Assembly: GCF_963921235.1 (NCBI RefSeq)
Contig: NC_086097.1
Span: 33,792,001 to 33,856,000 of the forward strand
DNA: 64,000 nt
Direction of reading: 5' to 3'
Source: Mobula hypostoma
Taxonomy: Eukaryota
In this document: piece after piece, positions 37,620 through 50,109 of the stretch
Layout of the letters: each line of letters starts with the position of its first letter
Numbering within the stretch: position 1 is the first letter of the stretch
Notes under the pieces: generated by a model
Told to the model about the DNA's origin: nothing
What the model saw: only the letters and a program-made list of their open reading frames with translations
Databases searched by the model: none
Made by a program: the position numbers and the translations under genes

Positions 37620-40600
37620 TGCAATGAGACTGTGAGGAAGGACAGGGAGATGATAGGGCAAAATTACAGTCTGCGGGATGAGTTGAAGTGTAACGTGAGA
37701 ACAAAATTGTAAATGGTGATGAACACAGGACTGAAGGTGTTATATTTGAATGCACACAGAATACAGAATAAGGTAGATGAATTTGTAGCGTAGTTAGAGA
37801 TTAGCAGGTGTGACGTGGGCATCACTGAGTCATCGTTTAAAGAAGATTATAGTTGGGAGATTAACATCGAAGGATACACCTTGTATCAAAAGGACAGGCA
37901 GGTAGGCAGAAGGTGTGGGGTTGCTGTGTTGGTAAAAAATGAAATCAAATGTTTAGAAAGACATAGGATTGGAAGATGTAGAACTCTTGTGGGTAGAGTT
38001 AAGAAACTGCAATGATAAAAAGACCCTGATGGGAGTTACATACAGGCTTCCGGACAGTAGCCAGGATGTGGGTTACAAATTATAATGTGAGATAGAAAAG
38101 GCATGTAAAAAGAGTAATATTATGATAGTCATAGAGGATTTCAATATGCAAATCGATTGGAAAAATCCAGTTGGTGCTGGATCCAAAGAGAGGGAATTTG
38201 TAGAATGCCTATCAGATGTCGTTTTAGAGCGGCTTGTGGTTGAACACATCAGGAGAAAGGCAATTCTGGATTGGGTGTTGAGCAATGAACCAGATTTGAT
38301 TCTGAATCTTAAGGTAAAGGAACCCTTAGGAGGCGGTGATCATGATATGATAGAATTCACACTGCAATTTGAGAGAAAGAACTTAAAAGTTAGATGTATC
38401 GGTATTACAGTGGAGTAAAGGGAATTACAGAGGGAAGGGAAGGGAAGGAAGGTTGACAAGGGAAGTCAAAGACAGCATAAAAGCAAAACATAAGTACTGA
38501 AGTTAGATGATTGGGAAGCTTTTAAAAAACAAAAGAAGGCAACTAAATAAGCCGTAAAGAGATACTAGATGAAATACAAAGGTAAGCTACCTGATAGTAT
38601 CAGCATAACAAGCTTCTTCAGCTATATGCTGAGTAGAACAAAGGTGAGGGTGGGTATGGGACTGCTGGAAAATTGACACTGGAGAGGTAGTAATAGCATA
38701 TTTTGTGTCCATCTTCATCATGGAAGACACAAACAGTATGCCAGAAATTCAAGAGTGTCACGGGGCAGAAGTGAGCGTAGTTGCTGTTACTAAGGAGAAG
38801 GTGTTTGGGAAGCTGAAAGCTCTAAAGGTTGATAAGTCACCTTGTCCAGGTGGACCACACCCTAGGGTTCTGAAAGAGGCAACTGAAGAAATTGTGGAGG
38901 TATTAGTAATGATCTTTCAAGAATCACTAGATTCTGGAATGGAAAATTGAAAATGTCATTCCACCCTTTAAGAAGGGAGAGAGACAGAAGCAAGGAAATT
39001 ATAGGCAGTTAGCCTGACTTCATTGGTTGGGAAGATGTTGGAGTCCATTATTCAACATGAGGTTTCAGGGTACTTGGAAGTCCATGATGGAATAGGCCAA
39101 AGTCAGCATAGTTTCCTTAAGGAAAAGTCTTACCTGACAAAATAATTGGAACTCTTTGAGGAAATAACAGGCAGGATAGACAAAGGAAAGTCAGTGGATG
39201 TTTTTTACTTAGATTTTCAAAAGGCCTTTGACAAGGTGCTGTATATAAGGTTGCTTAACAAAGTAAGGGTATTACAGGAAAGGTGCTACATGGACAAAAG
39301 ATTGACTGACTGGTAGGTGGCAAAGAGTGAGAATAAAGGGGGCCTTTTCATATTGGCTGCTGGTGAATAGTGGTGATCCACAGGTGTTGGGGTTTAAAGT
39401 TATATATCAATGATTTGGATGGTGGAATAGATGGCTTTGTGGCCGGGTTTGCAGACATTACAAAGATAGGTGGAGGGGCAGGTCGTGTTGAGGAAGCAGG
39501 GTATCTGCATGAGGATTTAGGTAGATTGGGGGAATGGGCAAAGAATTAACAAATGGAAGTGTATGGTCATGCTCTTTGGGAAAGGGAATAAAGGCATGGA
39601 CTATTTTCTAAATGGGGAGAAAATTCAAAAATTGGAGGCGTAAAGGGATTTGGGATTCCTCGTGCAGGATTCCCTAAAAGTTAATTTGCAGCTTGAGTCG
39701 GTGTTAAATAAGCAAATGCAATGTTAGCATTCACTTTGAGAGGACTGGAATACAAGAGCAAAGTTGTAATGCTGAGACTTTATAAGGCATTGGTTAGACC
39801 GTACTTGGAATATTGTGAGCAGCTATGGGCCCGTTATCTACGAATAAATAGAACATAGAACATAGAAATCTACAGCACATTACAGGCCCTTTGGCCCATG
39901 ATGTTGTGCCGACCATGTAACCTACTCTAGAAACTGTCTAGAATTTCCCTACCGCATAGCCCTCTATTTTTCTAAACTCCATGTACCTATCTAAGAATCT
40001 CTTAAAAGACCCTATTGTATCTGCCTCAACCACTGTTGCTGGCAGTGCATTCCATGCACCCACCACTCTCTCTGTGAAAGCCTCTTTTTCCCAGGGAAAT
40101 AGATGTGCTGCCATTGGAGAGGGTCCAGAGGAGTTTCAGGAGAATAGTTCCAGGAATGACAGGGTTAATGTGTGAAGAGAGTTTGATGGTTCTGTGCCTA
40201 TACTTGCTGGAGTTTAGAAGAATGAGGGGGTAGGGGGATCTCATTGAAACCTGCTGAATATTGATAGGCCAAGTTGGAATGGATGTGGAGAGATGCTTCC
40301 CATAGTGGGGGTGTCTAGGACCAGGCGGTATAGCAGCAGAATAGAAGGACATCCCTTTAGAACAGAGATGAAGAGGCATTTCTTTAGCCAGAGGGTGGTG
40401 AATCTGTGAATTGGTAACCGCAGACTCCTGTGGCAGCCAAGTTATTGAGTATACTTAAAGTGGAGGTTGCCAAGTTCTTCATTAGTAAGGGTATCAAAGG
40501 TTATGAGGAGAAAGCAGGAAAATGGGGTTGAATGAGATAATAAATCAGCCATCATGGAATGGTAGAGCAGACTTGATGGGTTGAATAGCCTAATTCTGCT

Positions 40601-40620
40601 CCTAAGTCTCATGGTCTTAT
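37620..40620 (+). mobile_element. Long decayed CR1 LINE (APE endonuclease + RT + 3' UTR) with a minus-strand CR1 3' end inserted at ~39853-40096
   Basis: VGITES..IEGYTLY.KDR, DFNM.IDW, AILDWVL, DKSPCPGG.HPRVLKE and the DFQKAFDKV region. The insert has a (catagaa)n tail and AAATAGA repeated at 39846-39852 and 40097-40103. Confidence 0.88.
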
Positions 40621-42214
40621 TGTCTAAAACTGTATATTAAGCCTTGTTTCACATTCTCTGGTCTTGCTGATCCTTTTGCAAATCCAAATACACCACAAGT
40701 ACTTGTTCCTCTTTCTCTATTCTGTGAGTCACTTCTTCAGAGAACTGTAACAGATTAGTCAAACGTGATTTTCCTTTTGTCACTCCATGCTGACTCTTCT
40801 TTAACACTTATTCATTTCAGGTATTCTGCAGTCATGCTTTTCATTGTAGATAACAGCCATTTTCCCATCACTGGTGTTCAAGTAAAATGCCAGTAGCTTT
40901 TTATTTCCTGTATTGTTAAATAATAGGTACGTGCTGCCATCCAATCTGCAGGAGTCCTTCCAGAAATTACTTCTGATAATCAGAACATCCACTACCGCTC
41001 CTCTGTCAAAACTCTGGGATGTAAATTGTTGGAAACCCGCAAATTCATCAAATTCTCCATACTATTTTTTAAATTAATCCAATATTCCTAATTCTTGCTT
41101 GATTATTTTTCCACTTTTCAGATGTTGTGCCCCTCTTTCTATGAAATATTAATTCTTTTGCCATCTCTATTCTAAGTTCTCCTGCTTCTGTCTGTAAGGT
41201 GCCCAAATTGGTCCCCAGTAGTAAAGCTGTAGAGATATAGCAATGGGAACAGGCCATTAGGCCCATTGAGTCTATGCTTGCCATCAAGCATGCATTTTGC
41301 TTTCTATGAAGTCCATATAAATTTCAAATTCCAAAGTAAATTTGTACCATATAGTACTTTGCGATCCATTTTCTTGCAGACGTTTACAAGAAAAATATAG
41401 AAGTACAAAATCTAGAAAAAAGGAAGATTAACCAACATCAAACGTGCAATAAAAAGACAAACAGTGCAAAAATTAAAAAAAAATTAAGGATATGAGTTGT
41501 AAAAGAGTGCTTGAAAGTGAGTCTTTAGGATGCAGATTCAGTTCTGAGATGTGATCAGTGTAGTTCTTTTGTAGGCTTTTTATAGTCTTCATCCTTTGTA
41601 CTTCATTTATCTATAAATATTTTTCCTTTGATCTGATATTGTGCTTCTAGTCAATTTGCAATTAATATTCTGACTTGGTTTTCTTTATCAATTTCTTGCA
41701 AATTCCTTTACTTGGTTCTAAAATTGTTGCAAACTTCATGCTAATCCTGAATTTGATAATTTTATTGGCCCCTCCCTTTGATTTAACACTGTTTTTAATT
41801 CCTTTGTCAGCAAAGGATGAATCACATTTCCTTTTAAGTTTTTATGTCTTAAAGCAAAGTATATTTTTGCAACTCAGATAATATTTGAACATGTTGGCTA
41901 CGCTCTAAGTCTAGCAACAGCAAAGCTTCAGTGAATCTGAAACTTCAGTATTCCTTTAAGTTCATCTTATGAACGGTGAGATGAGCAGGTGACCCAACTT
42001 AGCCAATCTGATCAAAGCCTTAAAACTGAGCTGGTAGAACTACATCAGTGAACTGAGGGGTTGCAATATTGGACAAAACCTTCTTGAACTTTATTTGTGA
42101 ATATAAGTAAAACTGTAATCACCAGGCGTAATGGCATGCATAGATAACAATTCAAGGACTATACAACTAATTTTGCACTTGTTGCTGCTAACTGCGATAA
42201 GATCGTTCAGATGA

Positions 42215-42895
42215 TTGGATTAGATTATGAAGACACTCAGTCCTCGTTTATTGTCATTTAGAAATGCATGCATTAAGAAATGATACAATGTTCCTCCAGA
42301 GTGATATCACAAAAAAAAAGGACAAAACCAAAGACTAACACTGACAAGACCACATAATTATAACGTATAGTTACAGCAGTGCAAAGTAATACCATAATTT
42401 GATAAAGAGCAGACCATGGGCATGGTAAAAAAAAAAGTCTCAAAGTTCCGATCGACTCCCGATAGTCCCGATAGTAGGCGGCAAAAGGGAGAAACTCTCC
42501 CTGCCATAAACCTCCAGGCGCTGACAACTGTCAATGCATTGGAAGCACCTGACCACAGCCCACTCTGAGTCCGTCTGAAAACTTCGAGCCTCCGACCAGC
42601 CCTCCGACACCGAGCACCGACCATCATCTCTGCCGAGCGCTTCGACCCTGGCCCCGGCCGCCGAGCAACAAGCGAAGCCGAGGACTCGGGGCCTTCTCCT
42701 CCGGAGATTCTGGATCACACAGTAGCAGCGGCAGCGAAGGAGGCATTTCAGAAGTTTCTCCAGATGTTCCTCCGTGCTCTGACGTCTGTCTCCATCAAAT
42801 CAGGATTGTGCATGGCACCCTACTTGACAGATAACAGATATCATTCACCGAAGTGGCCGCTGCGCACTGGGTCGCGCCACCATCTTCCCCTCCTC
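42215..42895 (-). mobile_element. Non-coding retroposon (AAGATGG head, (TAATC)n tail), copy 2
   Basis: Reverse complement of the 14333-14960 element; head ggaggggaagatggtggcgcgac. Confidence 0.8.
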
Positions 42896-43393
42896 TAACC
42901 TGATGCAGCCTGTTTCTATGTGAAGAGAATGGAAACAAAGATGGGGACGTTCAAAGCTATATTATTAGATTGATGGAGATTGGAGCAACACCTCATGAGA
43001 TTAGAGGTATGTGGGAAGAACTGAGTAATTGTGATGGTAAACAATGGTTCAATTACTTGGAGATGTGACTAGGATGGAACTGAAAGATGACCTGGGATCT
43101 CAGCTGAGGGAGCACCAGAACCAATGGAATGAACTGGATTCAATTGGCATGAACTAGTTGGGCTGAAGGTTCTTTAGGAAGTTGCAGCAAGGCATGGGTT
43201 AAAATAATGCTCAGGCATGGATGGTTTACAGATAGTGTGAAATCAATCCAGGCAAGAGAGGTCTTTGAAGAGCATTGCTTCTCTTTCCACAGCATAAGGC
43301 TGGAGCCATTTGGCATACTAAGACAAGATAAAGATGCAAATGAAGGTTTGACTCTTACTATTAGTCAGTTACTTTACTAATTCTGTAATATTA

Positions 43394-44222
43394 TTAGATT
43401 AGATTAGATTCAACTTTATTGTCATTGTGCCGAGTACAGATACAAAAGTCAATGAAATGCAATTAGCATCTGACCAGAAGTGCAAAAGAATAGTATTATT
43501 TACAAAATAACTGCGAATAAAAAGTAAGTGCTACAGCACACAAATATAAAAGTACTGAGACAGTACAATATGGGTGCAATACTGCTTAGCGCTGTGATGT
43601 GAGGTTCAGCAGGGTCACAGCCTCAGGAAAGAAACTCTTCCTGAGCCTGCTGGTGCGGGAGCGGAGGCTCCTGTAGCACCTACCAGATGGGAGGAGAGTA
43701 AAAAGTCCATGGTTAGGGTGAGATGCATCCTTGATAATGCCTTTCGCCCTGCCCAGGCAGTGTTTATGGTAGATGTTCTCAATGGTGGGCAATTGGGTGC
43801 CGATAATCCGCTGGGCAGTTTTCACCACACGCTGGAGTGCTTTGCGGTCCTATACGGGATAATTGCCATACCACACTGAGATGTAGTTGGTGAGAATGCT
43901 CTCAATGGTACAGCGGTAAAAGTCCGTCAATATCCTGGGACAGAGGTGAGCTTTCTTGATGCTCCACAGGAAATAAAGGCACTGTTGCACCTTTTCGATC
44001 AGGATTGAGGAGTTCAGGGACCGGGTGAGATCCTCAGAAATGTGGACACCAAGGAATGTGAAGCTTGATACACGCTCCACTACAGCTCCGTTGATGTAGA
44101 TGGGGACATGAGTGTGGCTCCTAGCATGCCTGAAGTCCACAATAATCTCCTTGGTCTTCTGGGTGTTAAGGGCCAGGTTGTTAACGGCACACCACACGGC
44201 CAGGTGCTGGACCTCATCCCTG
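43394..44222 (-). mobile_element. Rex-Babar LINE 3' portion with (TAATC)n tail
   Basis: WCAVNNLALNTQKTKEIIVDFR, FYRCTIESILT and HPNHGLFTLLPSGRCYRSL. Confidence 0.9.
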
Positions 44223-45857
44223 CATCTACTGTGTAGATTCTATTGGCTACTGATACCTATATTATTGCAGTGTGATTGGTGATTGATTATGCAAATAAGA
44301 AATTTGAACATTCATGAGGTTACCAGTTGGTCAATATCTGTATCCAACTAATCAATTTCTGTATAAAATTGGAATTCCTTTGTTCAAACTTCAGAAAAGT
44401 TTGGTGACAGCAGCCAAGCTATTCTCCTTGTGCATAAGTAAATGAAGTGTGAATAAGGAACGAGTGCAAGCTTTCAGAGTCCAGTTCATCGGCAACAACA
44501 GTCTAGTTCCATTCTGTATGTTCTATGATTGTAGAGCCCATATGTAGGTGATGATTGTGTAACCATCGTCTGACTATTGGGAGATAAAGGTAAACATGCG
44601 GAGCAAATTTACACATACTGAAGGACTGCACTGGAGGACGGGAAAAAGGAGACCAGATTGATGACAATGTCACTTCTGTCTAACGGGCTCCAGGGTGTTA
44701 CTTATCAACTGTTGTTGAGAGTAGAACTGTGATTTTAACACTCGCAGTCCTTTACAAAAGCAACTGGTTGTTTTCTATTCATTGCTCCAACCGTACAAGG
44801 GCAGCGAATGAAACCAAATGGGAGTGAAAACCAAGAGCGATGCAAATCTCTTTCTGGACCATTTGCTTTACACGTGAACTCCCTGGTCCAAATAAAAATC
44901 ACAAGAGTGGTTTGGGAGGATTATTGGCTTCAATGCCGCAACCAGATACAAAAGCAGAGCATTCTGTTAATTCAGTGGATCACGTGGGTGAAATGTTACA
45001 ACGTCTGGCATATTTTGGAGAATGAATTATTCATTATCCAGATTCCATATAGTTCATATAGTTTCTTGCAATAGCTCCCTTGTCCTGTAGGATCACTGTG
45101 CTTAAGTAAAGGTAATTAGCTCTGAAGTCTCAGACATTCCCTGGGGTTTCTAGTCAAAGATGATTTGATTAACTCCCTTCATCTTGAAAGATGTCATGAG
45201 AATGTGACAATGAACTTCAAAATGGTTATTTTAATGATAGCTGGAAAATAAGACACATTTTTTCTCCAGGAGTTATATCAATTATATTCCCGCTTGGAAA
45301 TTTAGAAACTTAAAACCATTAATCATTTTCTTTAGTTTCTCCTTGATTAAGCTGCCAGGCTTCTCAGCAGTAGACACGCTTTGCTTTGATTTTCTTTCAT
45401 CCCTTGAGGTATGCTCTCAGCTTCAGCCCACAGATCTACCAGACACTCAGCCAAGAAGGGCTGGAATTGGAAATGTGTCCACAGTGAATGATGTGGATAT
45501 GAACCAGGCAGAATTTATGAAGCAGTGATGGTATAGGCATCTAATCTTCTGTCTCTTTACTCAATACATTCACTTCATGCTGATACTTTTCATCTTTCTC
45601 TGTCCTCTCTTCAAATTGATATTCTCCTCCTTCCTTACATTAGTTTGCCTATCTCTGGTAACTTCCTATTATTCCATCCTTCTGCAGATGTCCATTCTCA
45701 CCTTTCTCACCTTTCCTCCTCTGCTCAATAAAATCTTATCCATCTTCCATCCCTCCCCCTCTGAGCTCTTTCTCCTCACTCCTCAATCTGTGCCATGATA
45801 CCATGATCATCATTATGTGCCATGTCATATGACATAGACGATCATGGGCTTGACCAT

Positions 45858-46530
45858 GATTAGATTAGATTAGATTATGAGGACACTTAGTCCTTGTTTA
45901 TTGTCATTTAGAAATGCATGCATTAAGAAATGATACAATGTTCCTCCAGAAACACAGAACCACAGGACAGACCAAGACTAAACTGATAAAAACCACATAA
46001 TTATAACATATAGTTACAATAGTGCAAAGCAATACTGTAATTTGATAAAGAGCAGACCATGGGCACGGTAAAAAAAGTTTCAAAGTTCCGATTGCCCCAT
46101 CATCTCATGCCTCGGTAGAAGGGAGAAACTCTCCCTGCTATGAACCTCCAGCGCTGCAAACTTGCCGATGCAGCGTCCTGGAAGCACCCAACCACAGCCG
46201 ACTCTGAGTCTGTCCGAAAACTTCGAGCCTCCGACCAGACCTCTGACACCGAGCACCGAGCACCATCTCTGCCGAGCGCTTCGACCCCACCCCGGCCGTC
46301 GAGGAACAAGCAAAGCCGAGGACTCGGTCCCTTCCTCTCCGGAGATTTCAGATCACACAGTAGCAGCGGCAGCGAAACAGGCATTTCAGGAGTTTCACCA
46401 GATGTTCCTCCATGCTCGCACGTCTGTCTCCATCAAATCAGAATTGTGCATGGCACCCTACTTGACAGGTAACAGATATTCATCACCGGAGTGGCCGCTG
46501 CGCGCTACGTCGCGCCACCATCTTCTTCTC
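45858..46530 (-). mobile_element. Non-coding retroposon, copy 3, nested in an RTE-tailed SINE-like repeat (~45805-46775)
   Basis: Homologous to copies 1 and 2. Host ccatgat|tgttcttggcaaatttttc..gaagtggtttgccactgccttc resembles RTE/BovB-type 3' ends. Confidence 0.78.
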
Positions 46531-47214
46531 TTGTTCTTGGCAAATTTTTCGACAGAAGTGGTTTGCCACTGCCTTCTTCTGGGCAGTGTCTTTACAACAC
46601 CCCAGCCATTATCAATACACTTCAGAGACTATCTGCCTGGAGACAGTGGTCGCATAACCAGGACTTGTGATATGACCATCCATCATCTTCATGTGACCCT
46701 GATCAGGTGGGGTGGGGCAGATGCTATATCTTGCCCAAGGATACCTTCAGGCTGGCGGAGGGAAGAAGCGCCTGTAAGGTTCCCCTAGAAGAGGTGGGAT
46801 GGTAAAATTGTGGGAATATGTGGAGAATATGGAAATTTAATGGGGAAATGGGATTGCTCTGTGGGACAGTTTAAGCTCAATGGGCTCAACGTGTCCTTCA
46901 GTGAAACACAGTAGAAGGCATCAAATCATGCATAGCTCATTACAAGGGCAAATGTTATTCCACAGACATGAGACAGATATTGAAGGTGATATCATATGCA
47001 GACAGCGCATCCTGTTTGGGTTATAATGCTTAAAGAAAGATGTAAATCTTTGTAAGCCTTAACTGGTAAAGGTACAATTATACTGAGATGTAGAATCTAA
47101 AATAAGTCATTCATTACTCATCTATAGGCCAAGAATAATCACTTTTCTACACTAGAGTCATAACAGAGATGTATTTCCCCTCTTGCATCTCATTGCATAC
47201 TCATACCAGAATAG

Positions 47215-47700
47215 GTACGAGTGTTGGTTTATTATTGACACGTACCAAAATGCCGTGAAAATATTTCATTGGCTTTCATCCAGACACATCATTCCATTGA
47301 GGGAGTACAAAAGTAAAACAGCGTGCAGAATATAATGTTACAATTACAGAGAGACTGCAGTGCATGGACCTCAATAGAGTAGACTGGAAGATCAAGAGTT
47401 CACCTTTGAACATATGAGAGGTCCGTCCAGGAGTCTGATAACAACAGCTTAGAAGCTACCTGCCTTGAGTATGGGGGTACGTGTTCTCATGCCCAAGAGA
47501 GAATGACTGGGGTGAGGGAGAGAGGGTCGTTGATTGCACTGTCCGCGTTTGCGAGGAAGTGGAATGTACTGGCATAGGTTATGGAGGGCAGGCTTGCTGG
47601 TGTGACGGACTGGGCCGCGTTCACAACTCTACTGTGGCTTTGGGGAGAGCAGTTGCAGGGAGTAGTGTAAATCGTTATACAATCTCCACACTTTCTATAC
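47215..47700 (-). mobile_element. Old Rex-Babar LINE 3' remnant
   Basis: RVVNAAQSVT.ASLPSI...ADSAINDP remnant; 3' end ggttttattattgac. Confidence 0.55.
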
Positions 47701-47975
47701 CTAACAGCTGTGGCGTGCAAATGGAATCACGTGCAACGATTTACAAAAGGATCACATTGGACAAGTGCTGTCCATGCTGTTGAGTAAGGCCAGCACAGAG
47801 AGGAAGAAGAGAATTCTACTCTTGAACATTGGAAGTTAATTGATCGCAATGAAAATTTTATTAAGCATGGTATATACATACAAATTACTATTGTGTCCTA
47901 GCACCGAACATACTGATAATGTACATATATCAATGTGATAGCTGGGCTGAATAGGCACGTCAAGCACTGACCTAC

Positions 47976-48048
47976 CTGCTTACACAGTAGAATGCTACCA
48001 TTTTGAAAATATCTTCAAACACCAACAAGGAACCGTCCAAGTACATAA
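47976..48048 (-). CDS. RIN3: RIN3 internal coding exon (73 bp), SH2 domain C-terminal part: xMYLDGSLLVFEDIFKMVAFYCVSR
   Basis: Minus strand reads ttttctctgcag|TT ATG TAC...AGC AG|gtaggt; phase 1 in, phase 2 out. The peptide matches the RIN-family SH2 motif (LYLEGSxLVFEDIFRLIAFYCVSR). Too short for the ORF track. Confidence 0.93.
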
Positions 48049-50109
48049 CTGCAGAGAAAAGTTGAACAAAATTGATGTTGTCGTCACTAGTATCACAGGC
48101 ATAAAATATTGACCATCATTAAGTGAGACAATTTCTGAACTTTATATGCAATGACTCCAGTTTAATCTTGGTGCTGGAACGGCTGGAGCGAGGAAATGTG
48201 GTTGGTGGTCACGGTCCTCAGCACAGCAGCGTGAAACCTGGGCAGTTTTAACTCTGAGGCTTTACCATCAGGCCCTGATCCACTTGTCTGCTCGAAACCA
48301 TAGTACGCTGATTTTCAGCAGGAGGCTACAGCTGGGGAACACATGTGCAGTCTGCTGATTGTAGAGGGTTGGGGGGCGATGAGGGATTGATTATAGGTAG
48401 AGTCTTGGTTGAGAAACCTTTCAACTTTTACTCATTCCTGGTTTAAAAACATACATTAAAAAATGGAATGTTTACCCTTTTGCAGCTGCTTTACCCTGCT
48501 TCGCTGGTTGCCCATCCAACTCACTTCTGAGGCTTGCAGTCTTTGTAATAGTTAGGGTTGGGTTACATTTACAGCGGTGTATCACACAGTTCTCTTTCAG
48601 ATACACCTCTTGCTTGCTCAAAAGAGCAGATTAAAATCATGATCTGCAGGTTTGCAGGAGCTACGATGGGTCTGCCTCAGAGTTAAAGTTGCCTTGGTTC
48701 TTTTTTGAGGTTTAAACATGATTGTCTTGGCCAGATGCCTTAATTTAAATGCATACATAAACATTTGTGCAAACCAGTCTTCCTGTTACTGACCCTGTTA
48801 AAATTCAGTTCTAAATGTTAATCTCATAAACTATCTGTTTTCCTGTCATTTGACATGAGACATACCACAAAACATGTCTGCCATGAAAGTCCACGCCTAA
48901 TAGGGTTAGCAAAAGAAATTTGAGAAGTTACTGTACAAAATGCCATCATATTGAAAATTTCTTTTGAACTTTTAAAGTAAACAACAAATATACATTGGTA
49001 ACACATTACAGTGACACTGTTCCTGACAATATTCAACCACAACCTTGAGCAATCCTCTAGGTCTGTTGTTTCTTTCACACTGCCTTTATTAAGAAAGCTT
49101 GAAAAGAATGATATAATCAGGAAACAATTATTTTATATTTACACATATTCGGCATCCTCAGTATGAAGAGAATTGTAACAAAATGTAATCCGATACTTTT
49201 TATTGAATAGATGTTTCTGTCCTGTTTTTTTAAAATTCTGTTATGGTCTGGTTTCAAAATGGGGCATTCTTAAAGTTCTGCCTTTATTATTCTTTTACCT
49301 GACTTTCTCTTTCACTGTTTTGAATCTCACAAACTTTCTGAGTTCTGGCTTTCTTTTTGTTCCCATTTTATTGTGCACTTTGCTTTCTCCTTGTTGAACA
49401 CAACGACAGCTCCTGCAGCATCTTCAAGACATGAGGCACTGCAGGTGCTGGAATCTGGAGTGACAAACCCTATTGAATGGAGGAACTCTGCAGGTTCAAC
49501 AACATTGGTGGCAATATTTCCAAAAGTTGACATTCCTTTACACTCCAACAAATGTTGCCCGACCCACTGATTTCCTCCTGAAGTTTACTTGCTCTTTCAA
49601 TAGTTCTTTTCTGTCTGTTAGTAATGCATCTCAGCTCTTATTCTCTCTTACTTTATAGAACTTTAGTCCTCCTACTTATTCTGCTGTCATCTTCTGCTTC
49701 CCAGTGTGTATATCAATTTTCTTAGCATCAGATTTCCAATTATATTTTGCCTCATAATGAGGTGTTGTTGTTAAGAAGGGGTATCCGTTGTTCAGAACAA
49801 TAATGTCTCTGTGCCAATACATAGTCACTGTAGCTCTATGATCTTTCAACGTTTGTATCTTTAAGTGTAGAATTGGGACTTCTCTCAAAGGAGGCTGAGG
49901 GGTAACTTTCAAGAGGCTTATAAAGTTATGAGTGGCGTAGATCGGGTAGATAGCCACTAGCTTTTTCACAGGGTAGGGTCTAAAAATAGAGGCCATAAGC
50001 TTGATGTGAGAGGAGTGTGATTTAAGGACAACCCAAGGGGCAAGTCTTCAGACAAAGGGTGGTGTGTTTATAGAATGAACTGCCAGAGGAGTTGGTTGAG
50101 GAAGACATG

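Noticed and set aside
46162..46788. 208-aa ORF
   Set aside because: Crosses the boundary between two non-coding repeats and is not maintained in the homologous copies at 14.3 and 42.2 kb.
49290..49400. Donor-like CAG|gtaaaa as the missing upstream RIN3 exon
   Set aside because: The required phase-1 frame contains a TGA stop and there is no SH2 similarity.
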